64,000 nucleotides of DNA, from IMG/VR virus record IMGVR_UViG_3300020477_000990, positions 62,001-126,000 of that record. One strand, written 5' to 3'. Shown here piece after piece: positions 1 to 10,892 of this stretch (position 1 is the stretch's first letter; each line of letters starts with the position of its first letter). The translations under genes were made by a program, and so were the position numbers. Under the pieces are notes generated by a model. It ran no database searches. It was not told where the DNA came from and worked only from the letters and a program-made list of their open reading frames with translations.

Positions 1-22
1 GACAGCAATTGCAATTCCTTTA

Positions 23-418
23 ATGGCGATGTTTATTGCAGATTTAGTTATAGGGTTTCATCCATATATGTTATGGGTCTATGGTGCAATAGGTTTATCA
101 ACTTTAATTAGTAAATGGTCAATGCAATTTAATAAAAAGTATATTCAATTAGGAGCAATGACAATAGTATCTTCTGTATTATTTTTTATAATAACAAATT
201 TTGCAGTATGGACTATGTGGGATTACTATCCAAAAACATTAGATGGTTTAATAATGTGTTATACAATGGCAATACCATTTTTTCAAAATACATTATTAGG
301 AACTATAATATATACAGCTCTAATGGCATCTTTAACTGTAGCATTAACTCGACCTTTTGAAAATACCTATGTACTGGTAATAAGCAAAGGAAGAGATTAT
401 GTTAACAAACATTTTTAA
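23..418 (+). CDS. DUF6580-like membrane protein (putative cobalamin-uptake component), probably 5'-truncated by the window edge
   Basis: Hydrophobic; SSVLFFIITNFAVW...YPKTLDGLIMCYTMAIPFF motif as I recall it for DUF6580; reading frame stays open to position 2; directly upstream of the TonB-dependent receptor. Confidence 0.65.
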   Translation: MAMFIADLVIGFHPYMLWVYGAIGLSTLISKWSMQFNKKYIQLGAMTIVSSVLFFIITNFAVWTMWDYYPKTLDGLIMCYTMAIPFFQNTLLGTIIYTALMASLTVALTRPFENTYVLVISKGRDYVNKHF

Positions 419-2213
419 GTTAATAATAATATTTTTTATTTTTTTAGGAACAGCAAAAGCAAACGAATGCTATTGGGAAGAAATGAAAGACGAAACAATC
501 GTTTGTGATTCGTTAGTTATTAATATACCAATATTTTTTACACAAACACCTTCACATAGAAGTAATGAAATACATAATAACGAATACATATTTCCAGACA
601 ACGAAAGTATTCTAACAGATGCATTAAATGATGTAGCAAATTTTAATGCAGTACGTTCTGGATCAAAAGGACAACAAACATCGTTGTTTACTAGAGGAAC
701 AAATTCAAATCATACATTAGTAACAATAAACGGATCAGCAATTACAGATCACTCAACAACTAATGGAGCAACAGATCTTAACAATGTAAATATAAATTTT
801 GCAGATGGTATACATTTGTATACAGGTCCTATGAGTACTATATATGGACCTAATGCAATAGGTGGTGTAGTTGATATTAAAACAAGTGATGTTAAAGAAA
901 ATGAAGTAGTAGTTACTTATGGATCTAACAATACCAAACAAACACATATTACAATTAGTGAAGGACTTACAAACTTTGGAATAAATTTTGAAGAATCAGA
1001 TGGTATATCAGTTTATCCAAAAGGTGATGAAAAAGATGGATACAACATACTTGGATTTAACTTTGGGCATTTAACAAAAATTGATAATACAGAAATTAAA
1101 ATAACAGGAATAACAAATAATACAGAATCAGATTTAGATGCCTCGGGTGCAGATGATTTAGACTATACAGCAGATACTAAATTCCATTTTGGACAAATAC
1201 AAACGTCTACAGAATTTGATGATGGAATTCTTAAATCAGTTTTAGATGCTACCTATTGGGATAGAGAATATGTAAATGGAACTGAACTTGATGAATATGA
1301 TTCTTCAGCTATACATTCAGCAACTGATTGGATAACACACACAGACAAAGTATCAACTAAAACTGGAATAGATACTGTTTGGTATAGTGCAGAATTTAAC
1401 AACAGAGGATCTTATAATTCTTCTGTAGATAAAGAAGCAAATACAACTGGAATATATCATAACTTTGATTATGTAACTGATTTAGATATAGTAGTGTCAG
1501 GTGGTTTACGTTATGATTATAATTCAATAGTAGAAGGGCAATCAACATACAGGGTTGGTACAGCATACAAAGGACTTTACTTTAGTAGGTCAACAGGGTA
1601 TAGAGCACCAACACTATATGAATTATATGGTGCAGACAATTACGGGTATAGTGGTAATGAAAATTTAAAAGCAGAAACTTCTGTAACAAATGAAGTAGGA
1701 TATAAATTTGGTAACCAAACGGTAAATGGTAATATTAGTGTTTACTCTACAAAAATAGAAGATATGATTACATACGGAAATTCTACTTATAGTAATGACA
1801 GTAATGGTACGTCAACAATGAAAGGTGGAGATATAAAACTTAACTACTACAAAGGAAATTATGGTTTTCATAATAGTATAGCATTTACGTCAGCACAAGA
1901 CTCAACTGATAATTGGTTAAAAAGAAGACCACATACGATTATCAATTCATCAGTTAGTTATTATAAAGATGATTTTTATATTTCTCCAAGTATAAATTAT
2001 TTTGGAAAACACAAAGATACACATTCGGTTGATTATTCAACGATAACTGTTGGGTCTGAAATTACAGCAGATATTAAAACTGGGTATCATTTAAATGACA
2101 ATTCTAAATTGGAATTAAGCATTAATAATATATTAGATAATGATTATGAAAGGCCACATGGTTATAATCAGGACGGAAGATCAATAAATCTTACAGTAAA
2201 ATGGAAATTTTAG
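399..2213 (+). CDS. btuB: TonB-dependent outer-membrane receptor, BtuB-like
   Basis: Signal peptide; plug motif QQTSLFTRGTNSNHTLVTINGS; GPMSTIYGPNAIGGVV; NILDNDYE...GYNQDGRS; C-terminal aromatic residue (..VKWKF). Confidence 0.8.
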   Translation: MLTNIFKLIIIFFIFLGTAKANECYWEEMKDETIVCDSLVINIPIFFTQTPSHRSNEIHNNEYIFPDNESILTDALNDVANFNAVRSGSKGQQTSLFTRGTNSNHTLVTINGSAITDHSTTNGATDLNNVNINFADGIHLYTGPMSTIYGPNAIGGVVDIKTSDVKENEVVVTYGSNNTKQTHITISEGLTNFGINFEESDGISVYPKGDEKDGYNILGFNFGHLTKIDNTEIKITGITNNTESDLDASGADDLDYTADTKFHFGQIQTSTEFDDGILKSVLDATYWDREYVNGTELDEYDSSAIHSATDWITHTDKVSTKTGIDTVWYSAEFNNRGSYNSSVDKEANTTGIYHNFDYVTDLDIVVSGGLRYDYNSIVEGQSTYRVGTAYKGLYFSRSTGYRAPTLYELYGADNYGYSGNENLKAETSVTNEVGYKFGNQTVNGNISVYSTKIEDMITYGNSTYSNDSNGTSTMKGGDIKLNYYKGNYGFHNSIAFTSAQDSTDNWLKRRPHTIINSSVSYYKDDFYISPSINYFGKHKDTHSVDYSTITVGSEITADIKTGYHLNDNSKLELSINNILDNDYERPHGYNQDGRSINLTVKWKF

Positions 2214-2227
2214 GAGTTGCTATGTCC

Positions 2228-2245
2228 GATAAATACTGCTATAAT
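2228..2245 (+). promoter_or_regulatory. Promoter: ATAAATA box followed by extended -10 TGCTATAAT
   Basis: TGCTATAAT at 2237-2245 in the short gap before the desaturase-sufB operon. Confidence 0.45.
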
Positions 2246-2275
2246 AAGCTAAAGTAATTTAATAAAGTGGAAAAG

Positions 2276-3022
2276 ATGGCAAAAAAAACATTACATCCTT
2301 GGTACTTATTTTTCGCACAGGTAATAGCTCACTTGTCTATTATACCTATGATTCTATATGGCTCATGGTATCATTGGCTATTAGGTTTTGGAGTTTATTT
2401 CATAACAGGTTGTTTTGGAATGACAATGACATATCATAGATTGCTATCACATAATAGTTGGAATGCACCAAAGTGGTATGAGTATTTTGGATCATTATGT
2501 GGAACTTATGGACTAACAGGATCAACAATTGGATGGGTAGCAATACATAAAGAACATCATCATTTTACTGATCAAGAAAAAGATCCGCACTCTCCGGAAC
2601 ATCAAGGATTTTTTAGAGTGCAATGGTTAAGTATGTTTGAAGACCCTAATCCTCGATATGTTGTAAGACTAATTAGAGATCCAATTCATTTCTTTTTACA
2701 TAAATGGTATTTTGCTATTCATATTGTAATTGCAATAATTTGGTATCTTATTGATCCAATGTTATTAGTTGCCGCATATCTATTTCCAGCAATGATATTA
2801 TGGAATGCAGGATCGTTTATTAATACATTAACACATATGACAGGATATAGAAATTGGGAAACTAAAGACAATTCAACTAACATACCATTATTAGGAATTT
2901 TAATGTGGGGTGAAGGTTGGCATAATAATCATCATCATGATCCACAAAATAAATCATTCCAACATCATTGGTGGGAATTTGATATTGGTGGATATTTTAT
3001 TAGATTACTGGAACGCAAATGA
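2276..3022 (+). CDS. Membrane fatty-acid desaturase (delta-9/DesC-like)
   Basis: Three His boxes HRLLSH, HKEHH, HNNHH; GEGWHNNHH motif; ATG at 2276 preferred over GTG at 2267. Confidence 0.9.
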   Translation: MAKKTLHPWYLFFAQVIAHLSIIPMILYGSWYHWLLGFGVYFITGCFGMTMTYHRLLSHNSWNAPKWYEYFGSLCGTYGLTGSTIGWVAIHKEHHHFTDQEKDPHSPEHQGFFRVQWLSMFEDPNPRYVVRLIRDPIHFFLHKWYFAIHIVIAIIWYLIDPMLLVAAYLFPAMILWNAGSFINTLTHMTGYRNWETKDNSTNIPLLGILMWGEGWHNNHHHDPQNKSFQHHWWEFDIGGYFIRLLERK

Positions 3023-4485
3023 CAGATGTAAAAGATTCAATATCAAAAGAAACTATTAGTACAGTTAACAAATTGTCCGAGTATAAGCATGGCTGGGCAA
3101 CTGATATAGATAGTGATAAAATTCCAAAAGGTTTAAATGAAGATACTATTAAGTTAATATCATTTAAAAAGAAAGAGCCACAATGGATGTTACAATGGAG
3201 GCTTGATGCATACAAAGTTTGGAAAACATTAAAAGAACCTAAATGGGCAAAAGTAGATTTACCAAAAATAGATTATCAAGATTTATATTATTATTCAGCA
3301 CCAAAAGGTTTTGAAAATAAACCTAAGTCTTTAGATGAGCTAGATCCAAAACTTTTAGAAACATATGAAAAGTTAGGGATACCATTGTCAGAACAAAAAG
3401 CATTAAATGGCATAGCCGTAGATGCCGTATTTGATAGTGTATCTGTTGCTACTACATTTAAAGAAGAATTAAAAAAAGCTGGAGTAATATTTTGTCCTAT
3501 ATCAGAAGCAATAAAAGAACATCCTGAGTTAGTTAGAAAATATTTAGGTACAGTAATACCAATATCAGATCATTTTTATTCAGCATTAAATTCAGCAGTA
3601 TTTACAGATGGGTCTTTTGTTTATATTCCACCAGGAGTTAAATGTCCAATGGAGTTATCCACATATTTTAGAATTAATGAAGCAAAGACTGGGCAGTTTG
3701 AACGTACTTTAATTATAGCTGACAAAGGTAGCTATGTAAGTTATTTAGAAGGATGTACAGCACCAATGCGTGATGAAAACCAATTACACGCCGCTAACGT
3801 AGAACTTATTGCTTTAGATGATGCAGAAATAAAATATTCCACAGTACAAAATTGGTATCCAGGAGATGAAAATGGAAAAGGTGGAATTTATAATTTAGTA
3901 ACTAAACGTGGTAAGTGTAAAGGAAAGAATTCAAAAATATCTTGGACGCAAGTAGAGACAGGGTCAGCAGTAACTTGGAAGTATCCAAGCTGTATATTAC
4001 AAGGAGATAATTCTAAAGGAGAGTTTTATTCTGTAGCAGTAACTAATAATTATCAACAAGCAGATACAGGAACTAAAATGATTCACATAGGTAAGAATAC
4101 AACAAGTAGAATTATTTCAAAAGGTATATCATTAGGTAAATCACAAAATACATATAGAGGACTAGTAAATGTATTAAAAAATTCTCGTAAGTCAAGAAAC
4201 TATACGCAATGTGATTCATTGTTAATAGGAGATGAATGTGGGGCTCATACTGTTCCATTTATTAGAAATAGAAATAAAACTTCTGTAGTTGAGCATGAAG
4301 CATCAACATCTAAGATTAGTGATGATCAATTATTTTATTTAATGCAACGAGGAATAAGTCAAGAAGAAGCAGTAAGTTTAATTGTCAATGGTTTCTGTAA
4401 AGAAGTTTTACAACAACTGCCAATGGAATTTGCAGTTGAGGCACAAAAGTTAGTTAGCATTAGTTTAGAAGGTAGTGTAGGGTAA
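3019..4485 (+). CDS. sufB: Fe-S cluster assembly scaffold SufB
   Basis: [72 protein letters not shown]. Confidence 0.97.
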   Translation: MTDVKDSISKETISTVNKLSEYKHGWATDIDSDKIPKGLNEDTIKLISFKKKEPQWMLQWRLDAYKVWKTLKEPKWAKVDLPKIDYQDLYYYSAPKGFENKPKSLDELDPKLLETYEKLGIPLSEQKALNGIAVDAVFDSVSVATTFKEELKKAGVIFCPISEAIKEHPELVRKYLGTVIPISDHFYSALNSAVFTDGSFVYIPPGVKCPMELSTYFRINEAKTGQFERTLIIADKGSYVSYLEGCTAPMRDENQLHAANVELIALDDAEIKYSTVQNWYPGDENGKGGIYNLVTKRGKCKGKNSKISWTQVETGSAVTWKYPSCILQGDNSKGEFYSVAVTNNYQQADTGTKMIHIGKNTTSRIISKGISLGKSQNTYRGLVNVLKNSRKSRNYTQCDSLLIGDECGAHTVPFIRNRNKTSVVEHEASTSKISDDQLFYLMQRGISQEEAVSLIVNGFCKEVLQQLPMEFAVEAQKLVSISLEGSVG

Positions 4486-5087
4486 TGAAAATTGCAATCA
4501 CAGGGCATACGTCAGGAGTTGGAAAGTCTTTGTATGATAAGTTAGTAGGGCTTGGACATACGGTATTTGGATATAGTAGATCAAATGGATTTGATTTATC
4601 TAATAAAGATCAAGTTGCAAAGATAGTAAAGAAGATAGTTTATCGTGAGAATATAAATTACACTAAAGGTGGAATTAAATTTCAAGATGATGATGTAGAT
4701 GTTTTTATAAACAATGCTTATTACAATTGGTCACAAGTGGATTTATTATATAAAGTATATGAACCTTGGAAAGATAAAGATAAAATAATTATTAATATAG
4801 GTTCAGTTACAGGTGATAGTTCTAAAAAATATATGCATGAATACCAAGTGCATAAAGTTGCATTAGACAATGCCTGTAAACAATTACAACCTTTAGGTAT
4901 ATGTAAAGTAATAAATGTTCGTCCCGGGTGGGTTGATACTAATTTTAATCCTAAAAAAACTATTCCTAAAGATATTGAAATTTTAAAACCAGATCAAGTT
5001 GCAGATATTGTATTATACATTTTAAATCAACCTAAAGAAATATGTATAAAAACTATTTCTGTGGAACCATGGTATAAGGATGAGTAA
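4485..5087 (+). CDS. Short-chain dehydrogenase/reductase (SDR)
   Basis: TGHTSGVG Rossmann motif, FINNA, IINIGS, YxxxK (YQVHK). Confidence 0.85.
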   Translation: MKIAITGHTSGVGKSLYDKLVGLGHTVFGYSRSNGFDLSNKDQVAKIVKKIVYRENINYTKGGIKFQDDDVDVFINNAYYNWSQVDLLYKVYEPWKDKDKIIINIGSVTGDSSKKYMHEYQVHKVALDNACKQLQPLGICKVINVRPGWVDTNFNPKKTIPKDIEILKPDQVADIVLYILNQPKEICIKTISVEPWYKDE

Positions 5088-5692
5088 TGAAAAAACGTGT
5101 AGCAATTACTGGGCATACAGATGGTATTGGTAAAAATATATATAATACATTAAAAAAAAGTAAACAATATCTTGTTTCTGGATATTCATTAGATAATGAT
5201 TATAATATAGAAGATAGCCAAAAAATAATTAATGCTTGTATTGATGATGACATTTTTATAAACAATGCATTTGATGGATGGTCACAAGTTGACCTTCTTT
5301 ATAAATTATATACTAAATGGCAAGATCAAAATAAAACTATTATTAATATAGGTTCAGTTACTAGTGATACAAAAAATCCTGTAATAGAAAGATATCAAAT
5401 TCAAAAGAAGGCACTTGAAAATGCTTGTAAGCAATTACAGCCGTTAGGTAAATGTAAAGTAACTAATATTAAATTAGGATGGGTTGATTCTCCAATGATG
5501 GATCCATGGCTTAAAAAAGCAGACTTACCAAAAGATTTTAAAATTTTAAAGCCAAAGAATGTATCAGAAATAATATTATATATTTTAAATCAACCAAAGA
5601 ATATCTGTATAAAAGAAATTGCAATAGAACCTTGGCCATCAAGAGTATTGTTTAATCAATATAATCCAACAGCAAAAGGATGGCTAGAATAA
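5087..5692 (+). CDS. SDR, tandem paralog of 4485..5087
   Basis: TGHTDGIG, FINNA, IINIGS, YQIQK; shared NACKQLQPLG and ILNQPK.ICIK segments. Confidence 0.85.
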   Translation: MKKRVAITGHTDGIGKNIYNTLKKSKQYLVSGYSLDNDYNIEDSQKIINACIDDDIFINNAFDGWSQVDLLYKLYTKWQDQNKTIINIGSVTSDTKNPVIERYQIQKKALENACKQLQPLGKCKVTNIKLGWVDSPMMDPWLKKADLPKDFKILKPKNVSEIILYILNQPKNICIKEIAIEPWPSRVLFNQYNPTAKGWLE

Positions 5693-6297
5693 TGTCTGAA
5701 AAAATTATACAGTATAACTCATCATATAGAGTTCTTGTTGAAGAATTTTTAGAAAAAGCAAAAGAAGAAGGTAGTGCTGGAACATATACTCAAGATAAAT
5801 TTAATATAGATAATTTAGATGAGCATAGTAGTTTATGGATAGCATTAGTTGATAATAAAGTTGCTAGTATTAGCTATGCTGAAAGAAGTTTTATAACAGG
5901 TACACCTGAGTCAATTAGAAAATGTAGATACCATATACTTAAAAAACATAGGCACGGTAGATATGGATTTAAAATGATGAAACATCAAATTGCTTGGGCA
6001 AAAGAAAACGGGTTTAAACATTATTATTGGACACACGATGTCAATGATAAAGCAATTAATAAATTGTTTCAACACAAAAGAACTTACATTGTAGGTGACA
6101 ATAGTTGGTTTGAAGATGAAGATTATAAAAAACTTACTTTAGAAACTGATTTAGTATTCCACGATTCGCCAAAGTCAGATATGATACAATTTGTTTATAG
6201 TTATTATATAGATCCTAATTATAAGTGGGAACCAATTAGAGCTGTTATATGGCATAAACATAATGGAATTATAGATAATGTTGCAGAGGTATTATGA
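5692..6297 (+). CDS. Putative GNAT-like acetyltransferase
   Basis: YHILKKHRHGRYGFKMM resembles GNAT motif A (RxxGxG); ATG overlaps the upstream TAA. Confidence 0.45.
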   Translation: MSEKIIQYNSSYRVLVEEFLEKAKEEGSAGTYTQDKFNIDNLDEHSSLWIALVDNKVASISYAERSFITGTPESIRKCRYHILKKHRHGRYGFKMMKHQIAWAKENGFKHYYWTHDVNDKAINKLFQHKRTYIVGDNSWFEDEDYKKLTLETDLVFHDSPKSDMIQFVYSYYIDPNYKWEPIRAVIWHKHNGIIDNVAEVL

Positions 6298-8075
6298 AAA
6301 CAGTTCAGTTAGGTACAGTATCAGTAATTCATGAAACATGGTTGCCATATGCCGCGGCCTGTTTAATAAGTTATTGTAATAAAATACCAGAAATTAAATC
6401 AAATTATAAATTTAATAATCCAATATACAAATATAAACCTGTAGAAGAATATACAGAACAGTTTAAAAACATTGATGTATTTGGGCTAACTTGTTATGTT
6501 TGGAATCAAGCATACAACGATCAATTAATGAGTCATTATAAAGATGTTAACCCAAACGGTATCACAATGTATGGTGGTCCTAATGTGCCTGAAGATCCTA
6601 AACTTGCAGAGCAGTTTGCAAAAGAACATCCTTATATAGATATATTTTGGGTAGGTCCAGGAGAAAAATTAGTTAGTAAGTTTTTATTAAATATTGACGC
6701 TCCTATGAGTACACATGATGGAAGTTTTGGATTAACGTGGAATAATGTAGAAGTAGGACGTAAGTTATATCAAATTGGAACAGATGAAATGCCTACACCT
6801 TATATTGACGGAGTATTTGATTCAATATTAAAAGAAGAAAAAAGAGTTAAAGCATCATTTGAAACTAATCGTGGTTGTCCTTTTAAATGTGCGTTTTGTG
6901 ATTGGGGCGGACAAGCAAGATCAAAAGTTACAAAGTTTGATATGGATCCTGTGTATGAGCAGTTAGACTTTTTATATAAACATACAAACATAGCAGAAGT
7001 AGAAATACTTGATGCTAACTTTGGTATGCTACCTAGAGATTTAGATGTTGTTAAACAAATGAAAGCAAACAAAGAAGCAACAGGTAATAATCCAAAAATA
7101 TCTTATAGTGGACTTGCAAAAAATGGAAGTAAGTGGTTGCCAGAGATTATAGACATTATACATAATAATTTAGATGCAGATCAACGTAACCTTAAAGTAA
7201 GTTTTCAAACACACGCCAAAGAAACATTAAAAGTAATTAATAGAGCAAATATTAACAATGATAAACTTACACCACTTGTAAATAGTTTTAAAGCAAAAGG
7301 ATTGCCTGTTACAAGTGAAATGATTATTGCATTACCAGGTGAAACAGCAGACAGTTGGTTATATAGTTTAAACAGAGATTATGAAATTGGTATTGACTTT
7401 ATGCGAACTTACTTTTTAAATTTAGTACCTAATACAGAGTTATATACAGAAAAGTTTCAAAAAGAACATAAAGTTAAATCTAAAATACTTGCGTTTCCAT
7501 ATTCATTTTCAGGATTAGGATATAAACAATTACATAATCATCCTGAGTATAGAGATGAACGTAGTACATATGAGTTTGAAGAAATAGAAATTATGCACAG
7601 ATGTTTTTCATATAATGAAGATGAAATTGTTCGTATGTTTGACTATTGGTGGTTCTATCATAACTTTCATAATTCAAGAGCATTAAGTTATACTATGAAA
7701 GATTTATATGATACAGGTCATGACATACAATTTCAAGCTAAATGGTTTTACAAACATTTATATCAAATGCCTTTTATAGAATCATTAGTAGAAAAGAATA
7801 GACAAATTATTAGAAACATATTTAAAGATGAACCAAGAACAGAAGTTAAAGATTTAGCAACGTATTTGTATTTTTCAAGATGTTTACGTGCAGATGAGAT
7901 TTATCAATTTTGGCATAATAAAGATAAATTCCAAGAAGACTTATCAAAAGTGTATCCAGAAAAATTGGTTAAATACGATATAGCACAATGGAAAAAAGAA
8001 TTTGATATGAGTATGTATGGTACAGATGCTCGTATAAAACCAACAGATATAATTGCAGTAGGGAGCGAAAGATAA
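6294..8075 (+). CDS. Cobalamin-binding radical SAM protein (class B methyltransferase-like)
   Basis: N-terminal LPYAAACL..GLTCYVWN..YGGPNV B12-binding-type domain; ETNRGCPFKCAFC; ILDANFG; IIALPGET. Confidence 0.85.
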   Translation: MKTVQLGTVSVIHETWLPYAAACLISYCNKIPEIKSNYKFNNPIYKYKPVEEYTEQFKNIDVFGLTCYVWNQAYNDQLMSHYKDVNPNGITMYGGPNVPEDPKLAEQFAKEHPYIDIFWVGPGEKLVSKFLLNIDAPMSTHDGSFGLTWNNVEVGRKLYQIGTDEMPTPYIDGVFDSILKEEKRVKASFETNRGCPFKCAFCDWGGQARSKVTKFDMDPVYEQLDFLYKHTNIAEVEILDANFGMLPRDLDVVKQMKANKEATGNNPKISYSGLAKNGSKWLPEIIDIIHNNLDADQRNLKVSFQTHAKETLKVINRANINNDKLTPLVNSFKAKGLPVTSEMIIALPGETADSWLYSLNRDYEIGIDFMRTYFLNLVPNTELYTEKFQKEHKVKSKILAFPYSFSGLGYKQLHNHPEYRDERSTYEFEEIEIMHRCFSYNEDEIVRMFDYWWFYHNFHNSRALSYTMKDLYDTGHDIQFQAKWFYKHLYQMPFIESLVEKNRQIIRNIFKDEPRTEVKDLATYLYFSRCLRADEIYQFWHNKDKFQEDLSKVYPEKLVKYDIAQWKKEFDMSMYGTDARIKPTDIIAVGSER

Positions 8076-8839
8076 TGTGGAAAGAAATAGTTAAAAATGA
8101 AATATGGGAATATGATAACTTTCTTGATGATGCAACAATAAAAGAAATTAAAGATGATATGACTATGGCTGGTAAAACAGAACTTCAGCCTGGTGAAGCA
8201 ATATTACCTAATTTTAGAAACTCAGGAGTAAATGCTACTACTTACAATTATACAGTTCATAGAACTGATATGCATAAAAATCAAAAGTATATTGACATTT
8301 ATATGAATAAAGTAAATGAATTATTAGAGCCATTAACAAATACAAAAGTACCAACAACTAATTTAGAAGGATTGCAATTGTTTACAAAAAGTTTTAGTAA
8401 GCGAGGTTGGTATGATTTACACGTAGAGCCAATTAACAAATACGGATTGTATGCATTTCAACATTTTTTATCTACAGAAGATGGTGGCGAATTAATTTTT
8501 CCTAATAAGCAAAGTATTGAAAAATTTTTAGAAGAACACTCAGGACAAAAGGATCGTTGGCCAGAAAATGTTAGTTTAGTGGAGTCAAAGGGGTATCCGG
8601 TAAGATATTTGGATGACATTTCCATAAAACCCGTGTATAATAAGTGTGTGGTGTTTGCTATAGGTTCTGCCCATTACGTTACACCATTAAAAGGGGAAGT
8701 GTCAGAAGTATCAAGGCAAGTTGTTACAGGTTGGCCATATGCTACTAAAGATTTAATAGATAGCTTAGATAAAAATTGCAACTTTAATCACTACTTTGAT
8801 TCTGAAGAATATAAAAAACCAGTAGAACAATGTCACTAG
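8075..8839 (+). CDS. Fe(II)/2OG oxygenase (prolyl-hydroxylase-like)
   Basis: H-V-E triad start, DGGELIFP, distal H (SAHYV), RQVVTGWP. Confidence 0.7.
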   Translation: MWKEIVKNEIWEYDNFLDDATIKEIKDDMTMAGKTELQPGEAILPNFRNSGVNATTYNYTVHRTDMHKNQKYIDIYMNKVNELLEPLTNTKVPTTNLEGLQLFTKSFSKRGWYDLHVEPINKYGLYAFQHFLSTEDGGELIFPNKQSIEKFLEEHSGQKDRWPENVSLVESKGYPVRYLDDISIKPVYNKCVVFAIGSAHYVTPLKGEVSEVSRQVVTGWPYATKDLIDSLDKNCNFNHYFDSEEYKKPVEQCH

Positions 8840-8846
8840 TGAAAAA

Positions 8847-9530
8847 ATGTTAGAGATAAAAAACTTAGAAGTTACAGTACAAGATACTAAAATCATTAAT
8901 GGTCTTAGCCTTACAGTTAATAAGGGTGAGGTTCATGCGATTATAGGTCCTAATGGTTGTGGCAAAAGTACTTTAGCAAATGCAATAGTTGGTAAAAATG
9001 ATTATGAAGCAAATGGTATAGTAAAGATAAATGGAGATGATGTTTTTAAAATGGATGTTACTGAAAGGGCAAAAGCAGGATTGTTTATGAGTTTTCAATC
9101 TCCACCAAGTATTTCTGGGCTTACAAATTACAAAATAGTGCAACATCGTACATCTGATGTAAAAAAATATAAGCAAGATATTAAAAGTTTAAATTTATTA
9201 GACGATTGGGCAACTAGAGAGTTTAATGAAGGAGCTTCTGGTGGTGAACGTAAAAAAAATGAGTTATTACAATTATTACAATCTAATCCACAAATAGTTA
9301 TACTTGATGAAGTTGATACAGGACTAGATGTTGATGCATTAAAATTAGTTACAAAAATAGTAAATGAATATAAAAACAAATATGGTTGGATAGTTATTAG
9401 CCATAATACAAAAGTATTAAAAGATTTAAATCCAACGTATGTGCATATAGTAAACAATGGTACTATAGTTGAAACTGGTAGTGTTGCTGTGTTGGATAAA
9501 GTAGATAAACAAGGATTTGCAAATGAATAA
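8847..9530 (+). CDS. sufC: Fe-S assembly ATPase SufC (shortened)
   Basis: GEVHAIIGPNGCGKST, GLFMSFQSP, SGGERKKNE, LDEVDTGLDVDAL. Confidence 0.93.
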   Translation: MLEIKNLEVTVQDTKIINGLSLTVNKGEVHAIIGPNGCGKSTLANAIVGKNDYEANGIVKINGDDVFKMDVTERAKAGLFMSFQSPPSISGLTNYKIVQHRTSDVKKYKQDIKSLNLLDDWATREFNEGASGGERKKNELLQLLQSNPQIVILDEVDTGLDVDALKLVTKIVNEYKNKYGWIVISHNTKVLKDLNPTYVHIVNNGTIVETGSVAVLDKVDKQGFANE

Positions 9531-10095
9531 TCATTATGTTGTAAGTGATAAGTTAGATTGTAAAATCAATCTTAATGAAAAAGATGCAGTAACTATAAAC
9601 GTAAAAGAAAATGCCAAAGCCTGTTTATTTTTTAAAAATTCAAAAGGAACAAAATCTACAATTGATGTTACATTACAAGAAAATGCAATATGTGAAATGT
9701 TTGGATTTTTTAAAAATAAAAGTTTCGATACAGACATTAAAACAACTGTAGTTCATAAAGGTAAAAAGTCAAAATGTAATCAAGATTTTAGATTTGTCAA
9801 TAAAAAAAGCAATACATCTTTTGAAGGAAAGATAGTAATACCAAAACATATAAGTGGTTGCGAAAGTCATATGCTAAACAAAAATATTTTATTAGATAAT
9901 CAATCAGATGCATTTTCAAAACCAGAATTAGAAATACTTAATGATGATACAATTTGTACTCATGGTTGTACTATTGGAGCATTGGATGAGGAACAGTTAT
10001 TTTATTTACAACATAGAGGATTAACATATGATGAAGCTGTTGAAGTATTAGTTGAAAGTTTTACTCATGGCAGAGTAAGGAGGTTTTACGTATAA
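9523..10095 (+). CDS. sufD: Reduced SufD-like protein (about 190 aa)
   Basis: FEGKIVI, NILLDNQSDAFSKPELEILNDDTICTHGCTIG..EEQLFYLQHRGL; lacks much of the N-terminal beta-helix. Confidence 0.85.
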   Translation: MNNHYVVSDKLDCKINLNEKDAVTINVKENAKACLFFKNSKGTKSTIDVTLQENAICEMFGFFKNKSFDTDIKTTVVHKGKKSKCNQDFRFVNKKSNTSFEGKIVIPKHISGCESHMLNKNILLDNQSDAFSKPELEILNDDTICTHGCTIGALDEEQLFYLQHRGLTYDEAVEVLVESFTHGRVRRFYV

Positions 10096-10805
10096 TGTGG
10101 AAAGAAGTAGTTCAAGATCAAGTATGGTATACAGAAAACTTTATAGATGAAAGTTTAGTTGATCAAACATTAGAAAAAATACGTAGTGCAGAAACTAAAG
10201 TGTTAGATGCAGATGAACAGCCACATATTATAAGTAAATCACATTATAATTATAATCATGTAAAATATAACATACGTGAAGATAAAATAGTATTAGCTGA
10301 AACTATTTTAAAATTAAACGAATTGTTTGATAAAATCCATAGACCTATTCTTATACAAGATATAGATAATAAAAATGTATTACAATTTACTACTAAAACA
10401 TTTAGTAAGAAAAGTACCTACCATGTACATACTGAAAGGCGTGATATGTATGGTGACTTTGTTTTTATACATTATCTAACTACTGAAAAAGGTGGAGAGT
10501 TAATATTACCAGATCAAGATATATTGTCCGAACATTTTAGATTAAATCCAGATGGGCAAGCCAATTGGGAACGATTTAGACATGATTTAAAAATGGCAGG
10601 ACAACGAGTATACCTAGCTGGTCCATTAACTATTAAACCAATAAGAAATACCTGTGTTGTAATGAGAGTTGGTATAGCACATTTTGTTAATCCAGTTATT
10701 AATGCTACAGAAAATTGTCGTGCTGTTATTACAGGATGGCCATTTGCTAATAATGAATGGCGTGAAGCTCAACGAAAAAATTTAAAACAAGAAATAGTAA
10801 ATTAG
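10095..10805 (+). CDS. Fe(II)/2OG oxygenase, paralog of 8075..8839
   Basis: Shared MWKE start, H-T-E, KGGELILP, IAHFV, RAVITGWP. Confidence 0.7.
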   Translation: MWKEVVQDQVWYTENFIDESLVDQTLEKIRSAETKVLDADEQPHIISKSHYNYNHVKYNIREDKIVLAETILKLNELFDKIHRPILIQDIDNKNVLQFTTKTFSKKSTYHVHTERRDMYGDFVFIHYLTTEKGGELILPDQDILSEHFRLNPDGQANWERFRHDLKMAGQRVYLAGPLTIKPIRNTCVVMRVGIAHFVNPVINATENCRAVITGWPFANNEWREAQRKNLKQEIVN

Positions 10806-10892
10806 AAATAATATTACTAGTATTGCTGGTACTTGTTGAATTAGCAACCATTCGATCCATTTTTTTATTTTATAGCTTAAAGGATCTTTCAT
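10782..10892 (-). CDS. 36-aa membrane peptide not in the ORF track (MKDPLSYKIKKWIEWLLIQQVPAILVILFLIYYFLF)
   Basis: ATG overlaps the SET-gene stop (TAATG coupling); hydrophobic C-terminus. Confidence 0.45.
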   Translation of the reverse strand: MKDPLSYKIKKWIEWLLIQQVPAILVILFLIYYFLF

